This document shows, one piece after another, positions 59,331-64,000 of a stretch of 64,000 bases of DNA; within the stretch, counting starts at the first letter, position 1; each line of letters starts with the position of its first letter. This DNA comes from a virus, in the IMG/VR virus record IMGVR_UViG_3300020420_000721, positions 22,040-86,039 of that record; one strand, 5' to 3'. The notes below the pieces were generated by a model. That model was not told where the DNA came from. It saw nothing but the letters and a program-made list of their open reading frames with translations, and did not search any database. The position numbers and the translations under genes were made by a program.

Positions 59331-59897
59331 TTAGTTGTTGAGAGTAGTATTTGTGGCTGAAGTATGTACTCCAGTCCTAGCTAACAATTCTAGTGTACTT
59401 ATATTATCGTACATAGGATTAGCGAAATCAGCCCAGAAACATAAAGTCCATGAGCCATGCACGTTAGACGTGTAATCCAAATACCTCACAATGTGAAATT
59501 TGTCTTTAATTGCCGTGGGGAATGCCAAATATATGCCTTTGCGATTAAACTTCATGAACAATAAATCTAAATCATATTCGTCATGTGCGTCTAATGTTTG
59601 CCCTAGCCATTCTTCTAATGTTGGTTGTGGTTTATTTTGTAATAGTTGATGGAATGGAAAGTCTGCGTAATTCTTACATTCACAGTTAAAATACTTCCAA
59701 TCGTCTGGCGGAATAATATCGCCTTTAAATGCCGTTATTTGATTTTCTGTTAGTTTTTCTTTTCTGAATACGTTAGATCCTCCTACGAAGGCTCCACTAT
59801 GTGGCACTCTTTCAAAGTTTGCTTTATACAAACTGGAAAGTATATCACATACTTCACGTTCAAATCCTTTGCCTTTGTTTTTGCTTTTGCTACCCAT
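59331..59897 (-). CDS. Holliday junction resolvase (PD-(D/E)XK, Hjc-like)
   Basis: KGKGFERE, RVPHSGA, GDI and ECKNY. Confidence 0.82.
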   Translation of the reverse strand: MGSKSKNKGKGFEREVCDILSSLYKANFERVPHSGAFVGGSNVFRKEKLTENQITAFKGDIIPPDDWKYFNCECKNYADFPFHQLLQNKPQPTLEEWLGQTLDAHDEYDLDLLFMKFNRKGIYLAFPTAIKDKFHIVRYLDYTSNVHGSWTLCFWADFANPMYDNISTLELLARTGVHTSATNTTLNN

Positions 59898-61672
59898 TAA
59901 GCGTCAATTGCCTCTATTTCTGTATTAAATGTTGTAAAGCCATTTTCTTTTGTAACCTGTAGTACTTCATTAACACGGCCTACTAATTCATCTCTGTGAG
60001 AAATTAATAGAATGTTTTTGTGTCTATCACGTTCCATTTTCTTAAGAACTCCTAAAGCACTTTCAACTCCTATACTATCCATACCACTATCAACAAGTTC
60101 ATCAATACATAGTAAGTTAATAGGATGATTCATACTTTCAAATACATCTCTAAATGCCCAACTTAATCCAAGTATAAGTCTGTTACGTTCACCTCTACTT
60201 AAATTATCAAAGTCAAGCTCTTGTCCTAACTGTATAATACTTACTGATAGATCTGACTGGAATGATACATCATGTGGAAGTCCAAGTCTAGTAATATAGT
60301 AATCTAATCTAGTATTCAAAAACTGTAAGTTCTGTTCAATAATACGTTTACGAATAAAAGAGTCTTTATTAGTTAGTAGTTTAAACAAAAAGTCCTGATG
60401 ATCTTTTAGTTCAGTAAGTCTATTAACTTCATCCCATTTAACTTCCTGAATACCAGTTGCCTTTAAGGATACAATTTGTTCTTCATAGGGATCTGTTTCT
60501 TCTTGCTGTCTAGATAATCTGTCCTGTAAATTGCTTAAACTGCTTTGATGCTCATATGCTTCTTGAGGAGTGTTATAGTGTGTTGTGGGTGCATTGCCAA
60601 GCTCTCCTAGCTCTGCAAGAGCATCTTTATAATCATTTATCATCTGAGTCTCAGATTCAAGATGTCTTACCGACTCTTGTACTGCTTCTGTCTTTTCCTC
60701 TACTATTTTATTATGTTGTTCATCATGAATATCTTGTCCACAAGCATAGCATTTGTGATCTATGGTTGCATCTAAATCCTTCTGTGCCTTATTTTTTCTT
60801 TTAGTTTCTCTTTCTATACTTGATGTAAGTCTAGCAATTTCACTAGTTAATGTTTCATGTTGTTGTCTTCTACTATTAAATTTTTCAAGTTCTACGTGGT
60901 TTTCTAATTCTTTTTCTACATCAACCTTCATTAATGCAAATATTTCTTTTTGTAATTCTTCTGTTTCAGACGTTTGTTTATCAAACCATAATTTTTGTCT
61001 ACGTTCAAGATCAGTAATACTTTTACCTATTTGTGCATTGGCTTCTTCTATAGCCTGCATTTTATAAGTTTCTTCCTGAATACCGTCTTTACTTTGTTTA
61101 ATTAATTCTTTTAATAAATCTGCTTTTTCAGATAGTTGAGTAATACCTAATAATTGTTCAATCAAATCACGTTGATCATTTTGTCTCATTGCTAGGAACG
61201 GATCAGTATATGTATTAAGTGCCACAATATGCTTAAACATTATGTGACTCATACCCAATACTTTTTCAATCTGTTGTTGGCTTAACTTTCCTTCACCTTG
61301 CATTTCATCAGTTGCACCATCTGCGGCATCAACGCCACCAACCATGAACTTAAAGTAATTAGGTTTACGTCCTCTTTCAATTCTATATTGTACATTATCT
61401 TTCTCAAAGTCAACAGTAACAACCATTTGTCTGTTGTTAGTTTTGTTAACTAGATTATCTTTTCTAATATTATACAACGCATTTCCATATAATGCAAACG
61501 ATAATGCATTAATAATTGTTGTTTTACCTGTACCATTACGTGAACCATCTCCACCCAAGTCAATGTTATTACCTAGTACAAGTGTTAATCCACTTTTGTC
61601 AAAGTGTACAGCCTGTGTGACATTACCCACACTCATGAAATTCTTTACGGTGATATTTCTTAGTTTTAGCAT
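59897..61672 (-). CDS. Rad50/SbcC-like ATPase (T4 gp46-like)
   Basis: NFMSVG, NGTGKT, CYACGQ hook, LSRGE, IDE and ISH. Confidence 0.93.
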   Translation of the reverse strand: MLKLRNITVKNFMSVGNVTQAVHFDKSGLTLVLGNNIDLGGDGSRNGTGKTTIINALSFALYGNALYNIRKDNLVNKTNNRQMVVTVDFEKDNVQYRIERGRKPNYFKFMVGGVDAADGATDEMQGEGKLSQQQIEKVLGMSHIMFKHIVALNTYTDPFLAMRQNDQRDLIEQLLGITQLSEKADLLKELIKQSKDGIQEETYKMQAIEEANAQIGKSITDLERRQKLWFDKQTSETEELQKEIFALMKVDVEKELENHVELEKFNSRRQQHETLTSEIARLTSSIERETKRKNKAQKDLDATIDHKCYACGQDIHDEQHNKIVEEKTEAVQESVRHLESETQMINDYKDALAELGELGNAPTTHYNTPQEAYEHQSSLSNLQDRLSRQQEETDPYEEQIVSLKATGIQEVKWDEVNRLTELKDHQDFLFKLLTNKDSFIRKRIIEQNLQFLNTRLDYYITRLGLPHDVSFQSDLSVSIIQLGQELDFDNLSRGERNRLILGLSWAFRDVFESMNHPINLLCIDELVDSGMDSIGVESALGVLKKMERDRHKNILLISHRDELVGRVNEVLQVTKENGFTTFNTEIEAIDA

Positions 61673-62704
61673 TTATTTAGATAGCCCATTATAGATTTCT
61701 ATTAACATTTCATTTTTCATTACATCACTTTCAATGTTACCTAATTGACTTAGAACAATTTGATCTACATTTTCTATTTCAATTTCTCCTTGACCTGCTG
61801 ACCAATCCTGTGCGTGTTCTTCTTTCTTACTTGGAATTAAAGCAATCTCTCTTAAATTATATTGTTGAGAAAATGTTTCTTTAATATAGTTTGCTTCTTC
61901 ATAAGTAACATTTACATCAAGTGTAACTCTACAATTTGTTTTGTTCTGTAATATTTTTTCAGGTTCATCAATAAGTTTACTGAGAGGAACTGTTCTATAT
62001 GTAGGAGCATCTGGCCACTTTTCATATTCTATAGTGCCATCCCATTTCATAAACATTATACCACGATCATCGTCCCAAGCATCTGCGTAATTGTGTGGGA
62101 AACAATTTCCTGGATATATTATATTGTTACGTTTCTGTCTTTTATGAAAATGTCCACTGAATACTTTTTCAAAGTTTTTAAAGTCTTCGTCTTTTGCACC
62201 ATGTCCATGATCAGGCATTTGTACCATTGCATTCATAAAGAAGTTTGGTAATTCAAAATGTCCAAAGACATATTTTACATTTTTTATTTTAGATAATTTT
62301 TTATGTTCGTCTTCAACTAACCATGGGATCAATGCAATTCCATCTTCTATAAAGAAGCCATCATTGATTACTTTTATCTTAGGATATAAATGAGCCATTG
62401 GAATACTATGAATTTCACGTTTTTCTCTGTAGTATAAATCGTGATTACCCATGATCATATAAGTTTCATCAAAGGCGTCATTCAAAAATCCTAAACAGCT
62501 CGTAGTGTAGTTTAAAGTTGATACGTTAATTGTGGCTCTGTTATGATGCCAGTCACCCATAAATATACATTTACGGATACCACGTGCTTGAGCACGTTCT
62601 ATCATCCATTTTATAAAGTCTTCACAATCTGCATTATGAAGTCGCGAGTTGCTTTTCATACCGAAATGGATATCGGTAAAAACAACGATGTCATCAAAGA
62701 ACAA
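61673..62704 (-). CDS. Mre11/SbcD-like nuclease (T4 gp47-like)
   Basis: DIHFG, GDWHH, GNHD, GHFE and SGHFH. Confidence 0.93.
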   Translation of the reverse strand: MFFDDIVVFTDIHFGMKSNSRLHNADCEDFIKWMIERAQARGIRKCIFMGDWHHNRATINVSTLNYTTSCLGFLNDAFDETYMIMGNHDLYYREKREIHSIPMAHLYPKIKVINDGFFIEDGIALIPWLVEDEHKKLSKIKNVKYVFGHFELPNFFMNAMVQMPDHGHGAKDEDFKNFEKVFSGHFHKRQKRNNIIYPGNCFPHNYADAWDDDRGIMFMKWDGTIEYEKWPDAPTYRTVPLSKLIDEPEKILQNKTNCRVTLDVNVTYEEANYIKETFSQQYNLREIALIPSKKEEHAQDWSAGQGEIEIENVDQIVLSQLGNIESDVMKNEMLIEIYNGLSK

Positions 62705-62707
62705 TTT

Positions 62708-63592
62708 TTACTCCTTGGATTTTCCTATAGTGTCTTTTTCTTTTTTCTCTAGAAGCTGTCTCTGTTTATTTTCCCATTCTGCATTAAACGTTCTGGTAAA
62801 ACTAGGATTCAGTCCTCCTTCTTCTAATAAATCATCACGTATGTTCTGACTTCTTTTTTCTAGATTTAATACTCTAGTAAAACTATTATTAATTGCGGCT
62901 GTATAATATGCAAAAGGATTTACACTTTTTTGCTCATTGAATTGTAATCCAATCTGTGCAAGTTGTAATAATGCCTGTCCTCGCATCTCATCTACATATG
63001 TATAGCCACGCCAGTTTGCTCTCATACTATATCGATTGCATAACATCATATACATTCTGGCTAGTTTGTCTGTAGTCTTTCCGTGATCAACACTAAAATA
63101 TCCGTTTTCCTTACTGCCTTCCCAATGACTTCTCACTACTTCTTCCCATTCCTTATCTTCATTTTTTACATAATGTTTATATGGAGGGAAGTTACAACGA
63201 GCATGAACATCGGCTTCAGTTTTAGGTTTGTTTTTACGTTGCTCTTCAGGTATATGCTCAAATGTCATAACCCTAATAACAACATCTTCATCTTTAATAG
63301 TTTTAATATCAACAGCAAAATCAGCGGCTCTAGGTTTAGTTTTTCGTTCAAGTAACCCATTTTCCCATTTCCTTACTTCAGCTTCATGTGCTTGTTTTTG
63401 GAGACGGTTAGCCCTAATCTGTTTCGCTTCTTTTATCAGCTTTTTTGTGACTTTTTTAATATCTTCAACTATAATATCAAAATGCCCATATAGTTCTGGA
63501 TCATCATTTTTAGTCCAGCAATAGGTCATTTTACTCTTATGAATTTCCTTCAATAGTTCTTTGTTAGATAGATAATGATTTCTTTTTGCCAT
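62708..63592 (-). CDS. Late-transcription sigma factor (T4 gp55-like) with insertion
   Basis: HYLSNKEL, NWRGYTYVDEM and NPFAYYT..NSF.R..EK; upstream of gp47/46 as in T4. Confidence 0.88.
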   Translation of the reverse strand: MAKRNHYLSNKELLKEIHKSKMTYCWTKNDDPELYGHFDIIVEDIKKVTKKLIKEAKQIRANRLQKQAHEAEVRKWENGLLERKTKPRAADFAVDIKTIKDEDVVIRVMTFEHIPEEQRKNKPKTEADVHARCNFPPYKHYVKNEDKEWEEVVRSHWEGSKENGYFSVDHGKTTDKLARMYMMLCNRYSMRANWRGYTYVDEMRGQALLQLAQIGLQFNEQKSVNPFAYYTAAINNSFTRVLNLEKRSQNIRDDLLEEGGLNPSFTRTFNAEWENKQRQLLEKKEKDTIGKSKE

Positions 63593-63622
63593 TTGTTAGG
63601 GGATTCCTTATATGTAACTCAT

Positions 63623-63651
63623 ATATTACTTTAATTTGTCCTCCTTGTCAA
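63623..63651 (-). promoter_or_regulatory. Sigma70-type promoter for the gp55-47-46 operon
   Basis: TTGACA-17-TAATAT. Confidence 0.65.
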
Positions 63652-63693
63652 CCTGTCTTTTGATACGTATAAATACAGTATAGGAGAACGAAA

Positions 63694-64000
63694 ATGCGAC
63701 TTCATCAGCTATTTGAAGCAAAGACTGACAACGTTACTGTGGTGTATGGTGGAAGATTCCAACCAATGCATCAAGGTCACTTTGCATTATATAAACGTCT
63801 ACAATCTCGCTTTGGAGCGGACAATGTATTTATCGCTACTACTTTTGGGCAAAAACAACAAGCAATGCACAAATCAGGCGACTATTCTACAGATCCATTT
63901 ACTTTTGCCGAGAAGCAAGATATCATGAATCGTATGTTTGGTATTGATAAGAGTCAAATATTAGATACTTCACCATATCAACCAGATGTTTCAAAGGCAG
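63694..64000 (+). CDS. HxGH-family nucleotidyltransferase (cytidylyltransferase-like), truncated by the window edge
   Basis: Not in the ORF track; MRLHQLFEA..YGGRFQPMHQGH..DPFTFAEK; TATAAATA at 63668-63675 and AGGAG RBS. Confidence 0.85.
   Translation, partial: MRLHQLFEAKTDNVTVVYGGRFQPMHQGHFALYKRLQSRFGADNVFIATTFGQKQQAMHKSGDYSTDPFTFAEKQDIMNRMFGIDKSQILDTSPYQPDVSKA

Noticed and set aside
63713-63928. 71-aa ORF in the track
   Set aside because: Wrong frame; the real gene starts at ATG 63694 and runs off the window
1-64000. Stop-codon reassignment
   Set aside because: Core genes are full-length in the standard code, and TAA, TAG and TGA all occur as terminators

Overview
This window is a gene-dense, AT-rich segment of a large T4-superfamily-like myophage, read in the standard genetic code and mostly on the minus strand. 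It holds a near-complete head module (portal, core, protease, scaffold, major capsid), terminase, neck/sheath/tube genes, two paralogous tape-measure-like genes and long repeat-built fibres. It also holds a T4-type recombination/replication set (UvsW, UvsX, UvsY, gp32, gp46/47, gp62-like, resolvase) and a gp55-type late sigma factor whose ATAAATA promoters are visible throughout. Accessory genes include radical SAM enzymes, a PLP enzyme, D-amino acid dehydrogenase, a 2OG-Fe(II)-like oxygenase, glycosyltransferases, a Nudix hydrolase and a nucleotidyltransferase. The most notable items are: (1) an ORF-free, highly structured ~330-nt element at 59010-59330, flanked by C-GNA-G triloop hairpins, which may be a large ncRNA or a replication-origin/primer RNA; (2) a -1 programmed frameshift joining the gp26-like and gp51-like tail/baseplate assembly ORFs; (3) a ~195-aa miniature family-C (DnaE) polymerase that keeps all three catalytic aspartates; (4) apparent window-wide avoidance of GCWGC; (5) a stand-alone, apparently catalytically dead Hint-like protein; (6) leaderless late transcripts and capsid-targeting N-termini. 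All functional calls come from motif recognition by eye; no database search or folding computation was run.
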